The notes under the pieces are model-generated. The model did no database searches. It was given only the letters and a program-made list of their open reading frames with translations, and was not told the origin of the DNA. The translations under genes were made by a program, and so were the position numbers. A DNA stretch of 64,000 nucleotides from NCBI GenBank assembly GCA_002269645.1, contig NIVC01002215.1, positions 1 to 64,000 of the forward strand, written 5' to 3'. The stretch comes from Macrostomum lignano (taxonomy: Eukaryota). The number at the start of each line of letters is the position of its first letter. Position 1 is the first letter of the stretch. This document shows, piece by piece, positions 26,246-39,465 of the stretch.

Positions 26246-26448
26246 CAGGGGCATAGCCAGGAATTTCCTATGGGGGGGATACACCAAGGTGAATTTTCTA
26301 TATTCTATAGGGGGGGGGATACACCAAGGTAAAAGTGCTATGACAGAATCACATGGTAGCATGTATAGCAACAAAGGGCAACAAAAAAGTTTTGGTCAGG
26401 CTCTTCAGGGGGGATATATCCCCCCTATCCCCCCTCCCTATGCCCCTG
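26246..26448. mobile_element. hAT-type MITE family A, copy 1
   Basis: CAGGGGCATAG...CTATGCCCCTG termini and perfect 8-bp TSD ATAGCCAT (26238-26245, 26449-26456). Confidence 0.9.
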
Positions 26449-26728
26449 ATAGCCATAACTCCAAGCATGAAATGGACTATAGTATTTACCCAAAATTATG
26501 TTCATTTTGCTAAGGTTTCTTTCATAGGTAAGTTGCATTTTGGTTAAAAAGTAAGTTGCATGGCTAGTGTAAATTAGGGGGTTGGGCATATATGTGCATA
26601 TGGCATTTAAGACAAAAAAGTTTGGCAATTTCCTAGATTTGCATGTTTAATTATTTTTTTGTGTTCTACTACCACACCTTTGTAACTCTATAGCCGTAGC
26701 CATACCAAATTTTATCATGCTTTCTCCA

Positions 26729-26898
26729 TATACATGCACAACCTTGGGAATCACTCGGCCGTTTCTATTGGCAACACACACATGTAAGTCACTATTGGCT
26801 GAGAGCAGTCACATGACTACTATTCTGTCCAATAGCGACTTACATGTGTGTTGCCAATAGAAACGGCCAGGTGAATCCCTAGGTTGCGCCCAAGCATG
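26729..26898. mobile_element. Palindromic ~170-bp MITE, copy 2
   Basis: Highly similar to 23659-23830. 8-bp TSD TTTCTCCA / TCTCTCCA (one mismatch). Confidence 0.8.
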
Positions 26899-26943
26899 TC
26901 TCTCCATAGCCACAATTTGTTATGTTTTAGATAGTCAAATCTC

Positions 26944-27136
26944 CAAGGGTGTAGCCAGGAATTTCCTACAAGGATACACCAAGGTGAATTTTCTACGAGG
27001 GGGGGGATAGACCAAGGTAAAAGTGCTATGACAGAGTTACATGGTAGCATGTATAGCAACAAAGGGCAACAAAAAAGTTTTGGTCAGGCTTTTTGGGGGG
27101 ATACATCCCCCCTATACCCCCCTCCCTATGCCCCTG
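26944..27136. mobile_element. hAT-type MITE family A, copy 2
   Basis: Same internal sequence as 26246-26448. Perfect 8-bp TSD CAAATCTC (26936-26943, 27137-27144). Confidence 0.9.
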
Positions 27137-28504
27137 CAAATCTCTGTATTCCAAATTTTCCCATAGCCATATTATATATAACAAGATTGTCACTAAATGA
27201 TATCTGCATAAAAAATATTGAATAAATATCATGCTGTACTACATTAAACTATTTATTTAACCAAAATTTTCCCATCCACACCAACTATTCAGATAAGCAT
27301 GGAATGCCTTGGTGAGGATTTTTTGTGATTTAGTGAAAATAATGATTGCTATTCTTATGCATATTTGAATTGAATGATTACCATAATTAGTTTGAAATAA
27401 ATTATGGAGAAAAGCAAAAGGAGAAAAGGACAAAAGGAGAAAAGCAAAAATGTAAAGCCAAAGTGCAACAACAAACGTGATAATGCAAAGACTTAAGTGC
27501 GACAACAATCAAGCCAAAAAGCAAAAAACAAAGACTCTCTTTTGAATTGAGTTGATTTGTTTAGTTTGGTACAACAAATATAAACACATTTTATATGTTA
27601 TGGGCCAATAGCCAATAATGTATCTACTTTAGGAAAGAATATAAAAGTTGATTGTGTAATGAATTACAAAAAAAATCTTTTTTTAATTAAAGTAGATTTA
27701 ATTATTTCCTATTTTAATTTTTATATTACATTATGAGAAATTTTGTATAGTGCTCCAAATTTCCATAATCCATAACTGTAGCTGCCAAATGGCAAGATCT
27801 CCGTAGCCACAAGCTGTAACCAAATTTTGCTTGAAAAACTACTGCCCCGAATTTTCCCACAACCATAGCTATAATTACGGTAGAACACTGTTATTTTCCA
27901 TTTGAAATTATGTGTTATATGGTGCAAAAACAAATGGGCAACAGAACAAGTTAAGAACTAGTAGTTAAACATCAATAAAAGTTTATAATGTTAATAGTTT
28001 GTTTCTTAAATGGTATTAAGGGGTATTAAATGTTGTAATAATGTTGCATCCAATAGTTGCAAGTGGTGTGGCACAATCGTTGTAGGTGCTAGAGGTCTAC
28101 TGGCCATGTTTTGAGTTTTGATATTTGCAGCTTTGATATTTGTAGCTAATCCCTTTCCTTTGCCATCGCCTTCACTCTTATCACCCTTAGACCTTTATTC
28201 CATAGATTATAGACTAGACTACGAGGACCATAGACTACATGCCATGTTACTTTAGCATGACAGTATAGGACCAAGACCACAACACACCAAGACTGCCACA
28301 CTTTGGGGAGCTAGGGAGGAGGACTTTGGCTTGACATGTTATTGGATGGTGCTGAGGAGGGGTGAGATGGGGAGAGCCAGCAAGACAAGGCCACAAGAGA
28401 GGAACTGGTGAGCGGGCCGGGTGGGTAAGTGAGCTAGGCTCCTCATTTTTTTCATTCAATTTGAATTATTAAAATTGGCCTGGTTGACTTGCAATTGTTT
28501 TGGG

Positions 28505-29298
28505 GGCTACAGGTCAAAAGGGCGACAGATCAAAAGGGCGACAGTTAAAAGGGCGACAGTCAAAAGGGCGACAGTCAAAAGGGCGACAGTTACAGTGTAT
28601 TTATATTGAAAATACGAGTTCCACGTACATTAAAAGTATTTGTTAAAAGCAGTAAACATGTATCATACTTGTATTTGTTAAAATGCGTTGTTAAAATTGT
28701 ACAAGCAGTTAAAATGGGGTTGCATAAAAGCTGGACACGTATTGGACACACTATTAAATGTTAAAATGTGGTTCAGTGAGGTCCATTTATTTCACTAACC
28801 GCCTTCAGTAGATCATCCGCCGAGCGGTTGCCAATCTTCCCATATAAGTTTCAACGCTGAGTTGCCACTATTCAAGGAGGAGTTGTCGAAATGACAGACA
28901 GACAGACAAACAACGCGTCAACTTTAGTATATGTAGAAGAGACAAACAACACGTGAACTTTAGTATATGTAGAGAGAGAGAGAGAGAGAAGAGATGGTGA
29001 TTTCAGTGAATGAAATAAATAAACCCCACTGATCTATGTTTCAATGTACAATGTATGAGCGTACATTAAATATTAGAACCCTATTCTAACATGCAAGTAC
29101 AAATTGTCAGCACAAAAATTGTTATTGCTAAGATTCTAAGATTTTCTAAGAAACGAGGTTTCCCGTCCTTCCACTTAAGTAGTTCTTGGTCTAATACCCT
29201 GTCGCCCTTTTGACTGTCGCCCTTTTAACTGTCGCCCTTTTAACTGTCGCCCTTTTAACTGTCGCCCTTTTCATCTGTCGCCCTTTTGATCGGTTGCC
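28505..29298. mobile_element. 794-bp non-autonomous DNA transposon with subterminal tandem repeats (Merlin/foldback-like)
   Basis: GGC...GCC termini, 5-6 copies of the ~16-bp GTCAAAAGGGCGACA motif at the left end with inverted copies at the right end, and perfect 8-bp TSD GTTTTGGG (28497-28504, 29299-29306). Confidence 0.85.
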
Positions 29299-29431
29299 GT
29301 TTTGGGCCACTTATTCATCTTATTAGTGACCAATCTTGGGACGCTTCCTCCTCATCTAACTCCACAACCTATCACAACCAATAGCAATGCTAGAAGATTG
29401 GTAGCTCCCCCTCAATTCTAGTGCCAGTAAG

Positions 29432-29616
29432 CAGTGGCGTAGGGAGGGGGGGATCAGGGGGGATGTATCCCCCCCCGAAGAGCCTGACCAAAACTTTTTT
29501 GTTGCACTTTTTCGCTATACATGCTACCATGTGAGCACTTTTACCTTGGTGTATCCCCCCGTAGGAAATTCACCTTGGTGTATCCCCCCCGTAGGAAATT
29601 CCTGGCTACGCCCCTG
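29432..29616. mobile_element. hAT-type MITE family A, copy 3 (opposite orientation)
   Basis: CAGTGGCGTAG...CTACGCCCCTG termini and perfect 8-bp TSD CCAGTAAG (29424-29431, 29617-29624). Confidence 0.9.
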
Positions 29617-30193
29617 CCAGTAAGAGCTGTGGCGGTCTTAGTATGTGGCAGTCTTGGTCATGCACCAGCATGACTGCGCCATGTAAATGCATGATTTCAA
29701 ATAGAAAATAATTAAATGTGCAAATCTAGGAAATTTCCAAAAGTTCTTGCATGCAAAAAGGCAGTGCTTATCCCTATGGTACTGTAGGAATAATTTCTGT
29801 CTTATTCCAATAGTACCATGGGAATAATTTTTTGCTTATCTGCACCAAACACTGACGAGATAGCAGCCCCATCTTCTACATATGCCATGGGAATAATTTT
29901 CTGCTTATCCACATGCAGGGTTTTTTTTTGTGCGCAGAGTGTGCATATGCACCCTAAATTTTAAAATCGCACCCTGAAATTAAAAAAGTAGGTGCGGTTT
30001 AGGTGCGGTCTTATAACCATTTTTCTTTAAAGGCTTAACCATGCTTAAGCTATTTTTTATGCACTGCCTTAAAATATGAAACAAAATAACTCTTTAAATC
30101 CTATTAAGTCATATAGGCGATATAGCCTATAGCTATAGCCTTATGTAAGATATTAAAATATACATTCCCAGTTGTCAGAAATGTGAGCAATAT

Positions 30194-32668
30194 GAGGGTT
30201 TCACGAGAGATATTCAGACAGGGGCTCCCTAAAACACGCCCCGCACCGGGCCCCAAACCGCTACACATTATAACATTTTTTGTCAATGCAGTATTTGATT
30301 GCAAGGAAAAGTTAAAATAGTAATGGAATAAACATCTTTATTTATTTTTTTAAATATTATTTTTTTTATATTCTCGTTTTCATTATTAATTTATAATATT
30401 ATTATTTTATTAATATTATTATTAATATCACTTATTGTTCACCAAATTTTATATTTCAAAGTAAAAAAACTAAATTTAATAAAAACTTGAAGCTTAACAG
30501 AAAACGCATTCTGAAGTGTCTTTAGTTATAGTCCAATTTGTTTTAATGTGTAGCGCTGCAGGGCGGTGCGGGGCGTGTTTTAGGGAGACCCATTCAGACA
30601 GACATTCAAAATGATTGTCTGTAACTTCAAACAAAATTGACCCGTTTCAACCATCTTTTTGGCAAATACTTACGCAAGTGTTGGGCGTCGAATAAGCTTT
30701 AATTTATTAACTGAAGTAAAAATCCTTCTGACATACATTGATTTAAAAATTGCTTAGCAACACTAGCTCTGATTAGAAATCGCTTTACTGTTGACTAAAA
30801 TTGTTTTGATCGTAGCAGCCTAAAAGCAGATACTGGATTTAAAAATTCTTCGATTTACTCTATACGCATGTCTCAGCTTTAAAATGACACCTCAGGCGTC
30901 GCAAAAGACAGCTTTGATGCTGAGATATTCAACACTAAACATGCATTGCTTTGCGCAAACTCACATTCAGAAATTTCACTGATTTTTTGTCGATATTTGT
31001 GCAGTTGCCGTGTCCTTGTTTTTCATCAGAATCTCGTCAAATTCTAGTCATGTCTATAAGCATGTCTCAGCTTTAAAATGACACCTCAGGCGTCGCAAAA
31101 GACAGCTTTGATGCTGAGATATTCGACACTAAACATTGCTTTGCTCAAACTCACATTCGGAAACTTCACTGATTTTTATTCAATATTTGTTCAGATGCTT
31201 GTCTACTTTTCCATTTATTAACCATCGTATGGAGCCTTGCTAATGTACAAGTGTATATAGTTACTGTAAATGGGGGGTTTTGTGACTCACTTAAACTTGT
31301 TTACGCATTCTGCAGCTATTTGCCGCCTTTCATTGGAGTGATTCATGGAGTCCAGTTGATAAATTTCCGCAAATTGGACTGCTTCTACGTCAGATCTCAA
31401 CATTTAGAACCATCCTTGAACTATTTCAGAGTTAAGTGAGCTAATGGCATCAAATGGAAGGCTAGTGCTCGTACTCGTAAGCAAAGCAGGTTCACAATTG
31501 AAATGGTTGTATTCATGGCCATGGGATCTAAACTGATCTGTTTTACTTTCACGATTGCTTCGGTCTCAGAAGGAGCAGCAGTTGATGGACTGAGGTGAGA
31601 AGAAGATGTGTCACGACTTGAGCTGTTTTTAGAAAATATCTTTATCCAATTAAATATTTTCATGCGGCTCCTTAGGTTGTTCCGAATTCCGAGTCTAGAA
31701 GTCAAGACAGAAAAAAAGTTAAGAACTGCTACGGTAGTCCGTAGGGATTGGAAAGCTTAGCAGTACATTAGAAATCGCCTGTTCAATCTAAAAAGTTTGA
31801 AGTACATATAGCTATTGGGTTGCAACAACAGTAGAAAAAATTCTTCCTTTTTATTTTATTCCCACCGCTTACCTCATTCCAATTTGGATAGCAGAATTGC
31901 CACGCAAAAAAAGTAAAAACATAACAATAAACTATTTGCTTCATATTAATTGCCACTGACTGTTAATAAACGCGACGTCAATTTCTCTCAATAACAATTG
32001 GAACATGTTTCTTGTACACTCATATATTTATTTGAATTGCAAAGCGGTGAAAAAGTCATGATTGGTCGCCATATGTACAAATGTACACTCACAGACTCAC
32101 TGACTCAGGTACAATCTATGCAATATAAAGGCAGGAATCATTAAAAATCAAATACTTAAGACAGTTTAAGAGAAGTCCAGGTTTAAACTGGACATGACTA
32201 GAATTTGACAAGTTTCTGATGAAAAACAAGGACATGGCAGCTGCACAAATATCGACAAAAAATCAGTGAAATTTCTGAATGTGAGTTTGCACAAAGCAAT
32301 TGTTTAGTGTCGAATATCTCAGCATCAAAGCTGTCTTTTGCGACGCCTGAGGTGTCATTTTAAAGCTGAGACATGCGTATAGAGTAAATCGAAGCATTTT
32401 TAAATCCAGTATCTGCTTTTAGGCTGCTACAATCAAAACAATTTTAGTCAACAGTAAAGCGATTTCTAATCAGAGCTAGTGTTGCTAAGCAATTTTTAAA
32501 TCAATTTATGTCAGAAGGATTTTTACTTCAGTTAATAAATTAAAGCTTATTCGACGCCCAACACTTGCGTAAGTATTTGCCAAAAAGATGGTTGAAGCGG
32601 GTCAATTTTGTTTAAAGTTACAGACGATCGTTTCGAATGTCTGTCTGAATATCTCTCGTGAAACCCTC
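30194..32668. mobile_element. Long-TIR DNA transposon, Sola-like (third layer)
   Basis: About 470-bp highly similar terminal inverted repeats (30194-30219 joined to 30600-31055, versus about 32190-32668). GAG...CTC termini and 4-bp flanks ATAT/ACAT. No intact transposase. Confidence 0.75.
30220..30591. mobile_element. MITE inserted into the left TIR of the Sola-like element (innermost layer)
   Basis: TIRs GGGGCTCCCTAAAACACGCCCCGCACCG / CGGTGCGGGGCGTGTTTTAGGGAGACCC flanked by duplicated ATTCAGAC (30212-30219, 30592-30599). It is absent from the right TIR. Confidence 0.85.
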
Positions 32669-35600
32669 ACATTCTAAACAAGACTCAAGAGAAATTGCAC
32701 TCTGAGCCTTAAAATCGCACCTTGAAATTTGGCACAAGGTGCGATTTCGCACCTTATCTCTGGCGAAAAAAAAAACCCAGTCCACATGGCACACTGACAA
32801 GATAGCTGCCATATCTTCTACAAAGTTATGTTGTTATACTGCACTCAAACTGTAAGTACTAAACTAAATTATTCCCATATGTATAAGATGGAGCAAGCTA
32901 TCTTGTCAGTGTGCCATGCGGATAAGCAGAAAATTATTCCCACAGTACCATTGAAATAAGACAGAAATTATTCCTACTACAGTACCATGGGGATAAACAC
33001 TGCGATGCAAAAATAGGCCTATAGTAAAAAATCTTGAAAAATGGAATAGGTTAGCTAGCTACTTTAATCTATTAAATGTCCAAGACTGTCTAAATATGGG
33101 CTTATTTACGCATGACAAGAGAAAAAATGTAACTAACTTGCACTTGCAGATGTCAAGTGTGCTTACCAAGCCTTTCATTACTTCAACAGTTGTCATTATT
33201 GCTGATTATATTATTAGAAGTATTTTTTCAATAAGATTAAAGTACGAAACAAGTTACTCTGGTAGAGCTGTCTGTTTGCCAAAAGATAATAGGGTATTCA
33301 AATAAATAGAGATAAATACATTAAATTCCAATTCCAGTAATCACTAACTCCCGTGACTGTTCAGTCAGATAATTTTAGTTCAAGTCTATGAATTAGTCAT
33401 CGTCAAAATGAATTATTTAGGAACTTGTCAATTAAAACAAAGAACAATGTTATATATTTTGTGATTCAAATTTTTGTATCAGATATATCATCATAATTGC
33501 GATTTTTAGTTATAACTTATTTTAATGAAATAAACTTTATTGTTAAAAGCGCTATAAATACAGCTGTTTTCTTTCTAATTCGTCACTTGTAGTAACGGTT
33601 ATTTCACTAGACTTGAGGACAGCCTAAAAAACTAATTCTGGCTGCACCAGATCTGTAAAAGTAATAAAACTATAGATTTCAATATCCTAAAGTGCCTGAA
33701 GCCTGCATTTGGTAGGCTCGTTTTGCTCGCTATGCTCGTTATGCTCGGCTACTGCTAGCACCCCATTATTGGTGCTGGCTCCACCTGATGGCGCCCCTGA
33801 TGGCGCCCCCTGCTGGCTCCCCTATGAGGGCCCACCGAGACGCCTCTAGTGGTATAAATGCAGGTTAAATTTCGTGAATTGGAGTATTTCAAGTCTTAAA
33901 TAATTCCACAATTACATGTATTTTAATAAATTAAGTTCAAGCTGTGATGAATTCACCTTGTGTTTTGTCCCTGAATTTGTTTTACACGCTGGTTTCATCC
34001 AACTTTAAAACTGCGCAGCTGAAGTGCATACGCAAATTTTTTTCGGACACGGCAGAAAAAAACAGTCTTGAAATTTGATAAAACTGGCGCTTGTTGTAAA
34101 CCTGCATGCTTCGTCATAGCATCGATCAATTGAAGCAAATTAATTGTGAGTAATCAGTTTTCCAGCCTCTCGATGAGCCACGCATATGCGTAATGAAAAT
34201 AGACTGCATCCGAGACGACAAGAAGCCACAGCAGTATTACCCGCATTCTGCAGTGCACCAGCAGATCCCGCTGAACCCGCAATGGCAATAAAATCGCACT
34301 CGCTCCACTCGGAAAAAGAACAGGGAGGATCAGCTGAAGGGTCGGGAATCGGGAGAGCCTCTCTGAGTGATGCAGCACGGGGAACAGGCAACTGCGTCGC
34401 ATCCCATGCAGAATACACCCTCCTGGTGCCGAAATGGCAAGGCTGGGTGGGAGTTACAAGATCGTGACAACGATCCCAGCGAGCCAACCCCTCCCCGCTC
34501 TCTGATTCCAAGTCTGTACGGTGGCAGCCGCAAGTCACGGCTCTTCCAGCAGCAGCATTCCGCCTTGGGCAGGGGAGAGTGCAGCAAAATCCGGGGCACC
34601 GGTGCCACGCGCTGGCAAGTCCCGAGCCGGGCAGAAGCGCATACAATACATGTAGAAGCAAGCGATCGCATTAGCAGAGGAATGCGCCCGCCAAAGTCTT
34701 CCTGCCCTACAATCCTTCCGCAAGCAACATCAGGATCGGCTCGATCAGAGACTGGAGTGTCGTCGCTGCCACCGGCTCCCACAAGGGAGAGAGCAGTTCG
34801 TCACGGTGTCAAGTTCAAACCGTGACGCAAGATGCTCGGCCGGGAGTGCCGGCATGGAACAGCTGGGAGGGCTCTGACCAGCGGGTCACTGCGTGCTGTC
34901 GCCAGGAATTTGGCACACTGGAGTGTCGGATTCCGCCTGCTGCTGGCGCAGGCAGCTGCCGGACTCTTAAGAATTCACCCCGGATCCATAAATCTGCACC
35001 TCAGAAAAATTCGCAGCTGGTTCTCCAGGAATTCCGTTCAAATTGTTGAATTTATCCGATTCAGCCGCGAACACGGATGCAGAAATCGCCAAGCCAAAAA
35101 AGCATTTGCTGCTTAGCTGGCCGGAATTCGCGCGACAAGTTTTTATTCAAAGCCGCAAATGCACAGCGCGGTTGTAAAAATGCGAGTTCGCTGCAAAAAG
35201 CGGCCCTCGATGCCCACTGAAGATGCTGCATCTTCTAGCGATGGAGCAAAGTAGTCAAATTGCTGAGTGCCAAAATAATTAATGGCACTGACCCATAGTC
35301 ATCAAAGAGGTCTTGTGCATTGCACTGGGGTGCATTTTAGGTCACATAGAAACGCCCAGATCGCGTTCTCTTGAAGTTGGGCCATGTGCCATGATTTAGT
35401 GCGGGATAAAAAGTTGCTTTTAGGGCGCAAACGGCAGCGTTCGGGTGTTTCATAGGAGATTTCAGGGTATGTTTTCAGGGTACAGACGCTTAAAATCAGG
35501 TGGGTTTTCCAGGGCAAAGACGAACAAAATCTTAGAAAAATGGAGCCACGTTCGAGCAATTTGTCTGAGCCCTATTACTCGCGGTAGTCGACGTCACTAC

Positions 35601-37002
35601 CAGATTAACTTTGCACTTTCATAGATTTGTGGCTGCGGTCCATCCTGATCACATTGCCGCGGTTCTCCAGGGCCGAAGGTCCAATCAATGGTTTCCGGGT
35701 TGCGGCGCGGGGACAACATCGGATTATTCCATTTCCAACATTTCCCTTCAGCCCGGGAAGAGCAGCAGCCCCAACAATCTCTTAATTGCAGGTTTAGTGC
35801 CAAGCTTAGCGCCTCGAAGCTGCCGCGGCAGTATCGATGAAGCTGGCAGGAGGCTGGACGCCCGTTCCGCCAGCCCTCCCAGCAGGACCGCCGGGCGGCA
35901 TGCGCCGGCCAAGATAAGACCCTGCACGCCAGAGCCTCATTTCCTCTCCTCTCTCCCCTGAGTAAGCCGACACAGGCCTACTTCATAGCGTTTTTTCAAT
36001 TCCCAGAAATCACCATCGCTGCGAGTCACCACCTTCTTATCTAATTGGTTCTGACATTTTCATTTGCAGCGCCTTCGAGCTGCTCGGTCTCCGGGCTGGC
36101 ATTGGATTGGCCCTGTCCTGACGCAAACCATGGCAAGCCCAGCCACCCATTGGCCGCCAGCCTGGTGCCACTTCCTCCCTGCTGGCCAGTCTGCCTGCCC
36201 TCCCACTGGGACGCCAGAGTGCGACATGGCGGTGCAGGCCTGCCAGGCGCACCCTGCGATAGGTGGGTGTAATTTAGCTTTAAGGGAAGCCCGGAACAGA
36301 AGGCTGCTGCACCTTCAACTCTTTCTTGAAGGAGTGGCCTCTCCGCCAATCTGGTTGAAGCGAAAACTTTATCGTTTTTTTACAGAAGCCGCAGAGATTC
36401 GACAACTCCCAGAAGGACAGCTGGCTGAGACGCAGGGCAGTTGAGAACTCCAAGGCGAGGCAAAAGAAGCAACAGGTAGCTCAGTTCCCTGAGCCGACAG
36501 CAGGCTCTCTCAGTGCGTCATTGACAAGTGAGTCCCCAGCAGGCAATAAAAACATTGCAGTACAACCGGAATTGAGCGCTTCAGAAAGGCGAAAAAATGA
36601 CCCACCGTCGACCTCCAGCTGGGAGTGAGGAGCTCTCCGGTTGTATAAACACGTGGGTCCCAGGACAGGGATGCACGATGACATGCTACCCCTTGCTTCC
36701 CCGTAGCAGCCCGCACGTCATTCCCAGGATTCCCTGGAAGCGGCTGCCCCAGGCTTCGAAGCGGCAGGAGATGCAATTCTAGCGGTGCACGCATGTAAAC
36801 AAGAGACTTGGGCGCTCGGTGCTGCTTCTGTCGGACTGCAAGGACAGATGGACATTGACAGACAGGCACTGGGCTGACAGGCAGGCTAGCAGGGCATGGC
36901 ATAGCACTCTCGATCACAATGGTTTTATACGCTCGTAAAATAGTAAAAGTAACCAAAGCGGGTAAAGTCATGTTCCGACTAATCCTCAAAAATCCGGCAG
37001 AT

Positions 37003-37594
37003 AGACACTGTCAGACACTGACAGACACTGACAGACACTGTCAGACACTGTCAGACACTGACAGACACTGACAGACACTGTCAGACACTGTCAGACACTG
37101 ACAGACACTGACAGACACTGACAGACACTGTCAGACACTGACAGACACTGACAGACACTGGCAGACACTGACAGACACTGAAAGACACTGACAGACACTG
37201 ACAGACACTGACAGGCACTGACAGACACTGACAGACACTGACAGACACTGACAGACACTGACAGACACTGACAGACACTGACAGACACTGACAGACACTG
37301 TCAGACACTGTCAGACACTGACAGACACTGACAGGCACTGACAGACACTGACAGACACTGACAGACACTGGCAGACACTGACAGACACTGTCAGACACTG
37401 ACAGACACTGTCAGACACTGACAGACACTGACAGACACTGGCAGACACTGACAGACACTGAAAGACACTGACAGACACTGACAGACACTGACAGGCACTG
37501 ACAGACACTGACAGACACTGACAGACACTGACAGACACTGACAGACACTGACAGACACTGACAGACACTGACAGATACTGACAGACACTGACAG
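37003..37594. repeat. Minisatellite, 10-bp unit (A/T)CAGACACTG, about 59 copies
   Basis: Direct tandem repetition. It explains the SVSVCQCL ORFs. Confidence 0.97.
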
Positions 37595-39060
37595 GCGGAC
37601 ACAGACTGGCGGACATGCAGCAGCTCATATCCTCCCATGCTCACTCACGCAACTGAGGATCTGGAGGCCACACCGCATCCCCAGGTAGCTCCTCGTATAT
37701 TACCAGTTCCAGAGAGAGAACTGTCCCCAGCAGACCGGTTCAGGCGAGACGCACAAGGGGATCCCCAGTTTCAAAAGATGCAATTTTCGTGCGCCGCCAG
37801 CCTTGAGTCACGTCTTGGGGCGGAAATGAATTTTTGGCGAACTCAAAAGTCTTGCTGCCCCGTCCGTCCCCACCCGGCCTGTTTGCTGGCCCCCACGGGC
37901 AACCGGAAATTTTACGGTCAAGTGGGATCTCTAAAAAATTGATCCCTTCAGCCTCCCGGCCCCGCGGCCTTCCCCGCTCCTCTTCGCTCCGATTCCCAGC
38001 CCGATTGTGTCACGCTTCCGCGAGCGCTCCGGGGCCCTGCGCGAATTCCCACACCCGAGCTGCGGCGGCGACCCCTTGGCCCCTCCGCTCCCAGTGGGTG
38101 GCCAGAAACTCCGAGGATCAATAATTCGCCCCTCGGTGGGAGTTCCTTCCTTAGACCCCCTTAAAATGGGTTTCCGGAATGTCCTGTGCAGATTGAAGTT
38201 CGAAGCTGCTCCACCGGTCATCCCTCTCACTCGCTCTGCTCCCCGCCCTCGCCGTCCGCTCTGTTTGCTCTGCCTCTTGTATCCGTTCTCTGATCCCCGC
38301 CCCCTCAGACAGCCTCAGCTGCTCGGCGCCATCACTCCGGCGCGGGCATTGTTGAATCAGCCCTGCCAGGCCGAAGTCCGCCAGACGGGCCGCCCCCCCC
38401 CCCACCCAGCCCAAGCGGGTGGCGGCGGAAAGTCCGAGATGGCAGCCGGGCTTTATGGGAATCGTGCGGCATGAATTCTGGCGCTGAAATGCCACATGCG
38501 GAGCCTTCATGCTGCTGGCATTCTTCTGGGGATAAAATAATTCTTCCGGGCAGGAACTGAGAGACCAAATACCCCAAGGATCCGGGAGGGGTGACAGCGG
38601 TGGAGAGGGACTGCGTCGCTACGTGATGAATGGCGGGCTGGCCTCGCATTGAAGCCGCCATCGGCGCATGACCCGCCAGCCGTGGCTGCCAAATTGACCA
38701 CCCCTTCCCCGAGCTTCATCGCAAGCTGCGGGATTGTCTGGCGGCTGCGTGCCACATTGCGGGACTCCCGCCGTTGCTGCTGATTGATGCAGCTGAGAGT
38801 CTGAACTTCAAACTTCTTCACTCCTCGCATTTGTTCATTAAAGTGCGCAACTCGCAAGTGTGTTTATGAGCGGCCATCTGCCTCCCCGTGTGCTGCAATC
38901 TCTCTCACGTGCACACAGGTGTTTGGCAACCCAGCCTATCATCATGGGGTGGAAATTGCCAATCTCTAATTTGTTAATTTTAATATGAGCAGGCATTGCT
39001 TACTAGCTTGGGATTTTTCGGCAGGGTTGTCCGACACTCTCGGACACGCAATTTAAGCTC

Positions 39061-39465
39061 ATGCTTCCAGAGCCAGTTGCTCGGGCCTTCCAGAGCCAGT
39101 TGCTCCCTTCCAGAGTCAGATGCTCCATTCCAGAGTTAGGTACGCCCTTCCAGAGCCAGGTGCTCCCTTCCAGAGTCAGATGCTCCCTTCCAGAGTCAGT
39201 TGCTCCCTTCCAGAGCCAGTTGCTCCCTTCCAGAGCCAGGTACGCCTTTCCAGAGTCAGGTGCTCCCTTCCAGAGTCAGATGCTCCCTTCCAGAGTCAGG
39301 TGCTCCCTTCCAGAGCCAGGTGCTCCCTTCCAGAGCCAGTTGTTCCCTTCCAAAGTCAGGTACTCCTTTTCGATTCAGGTACGCCCTTCCAGAGTCAGGT
39401 ACTCAGTTCCAGAGTCAGGTGTTCCCTTCCAAAGTCAGGTACTCCTTTTCGAGTCAGGTACTCCC
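39061..39465. repeat. Minisatellite, 20-bp unit TGCTCCCTTCCAGAG(C/T)CAGG, about 20 copies
   Basis: A 20-bp period is visible across consecutive lines. Confidence 0.95.

Larger units (their letters stand above)
29916..32780. mobile_element. hAT-type element (second layer of nested stack)
   Basis: Termini CAGGG(T)n / (A)nCCCAG and perfect 8-bp TSD TCCACATG (29908-29915, 32781-32788). Confidence 0.85.
29760..33004. mobile_element. Outer MITE of nested stack (MULE-like, 9-bp TSD)
   Basis: Inverted ends GGCAGTGCTTATCCC(T)ATGGTACTGTAG... / ...CTACAGTACCATGGGATAAACACTGCG and 9-bp TSD ATGCAAAAA (29751-29759, 33005-33013). Confidence 0.7.

Noticed and set aside
34140-38860. Numerous 70-170 aa ORFs in the GC-rich block
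   Set aside because: No recognisable domains, overlapping on both strands, and no exon could be spliced in frame to PCBP. High GC content explains their length.
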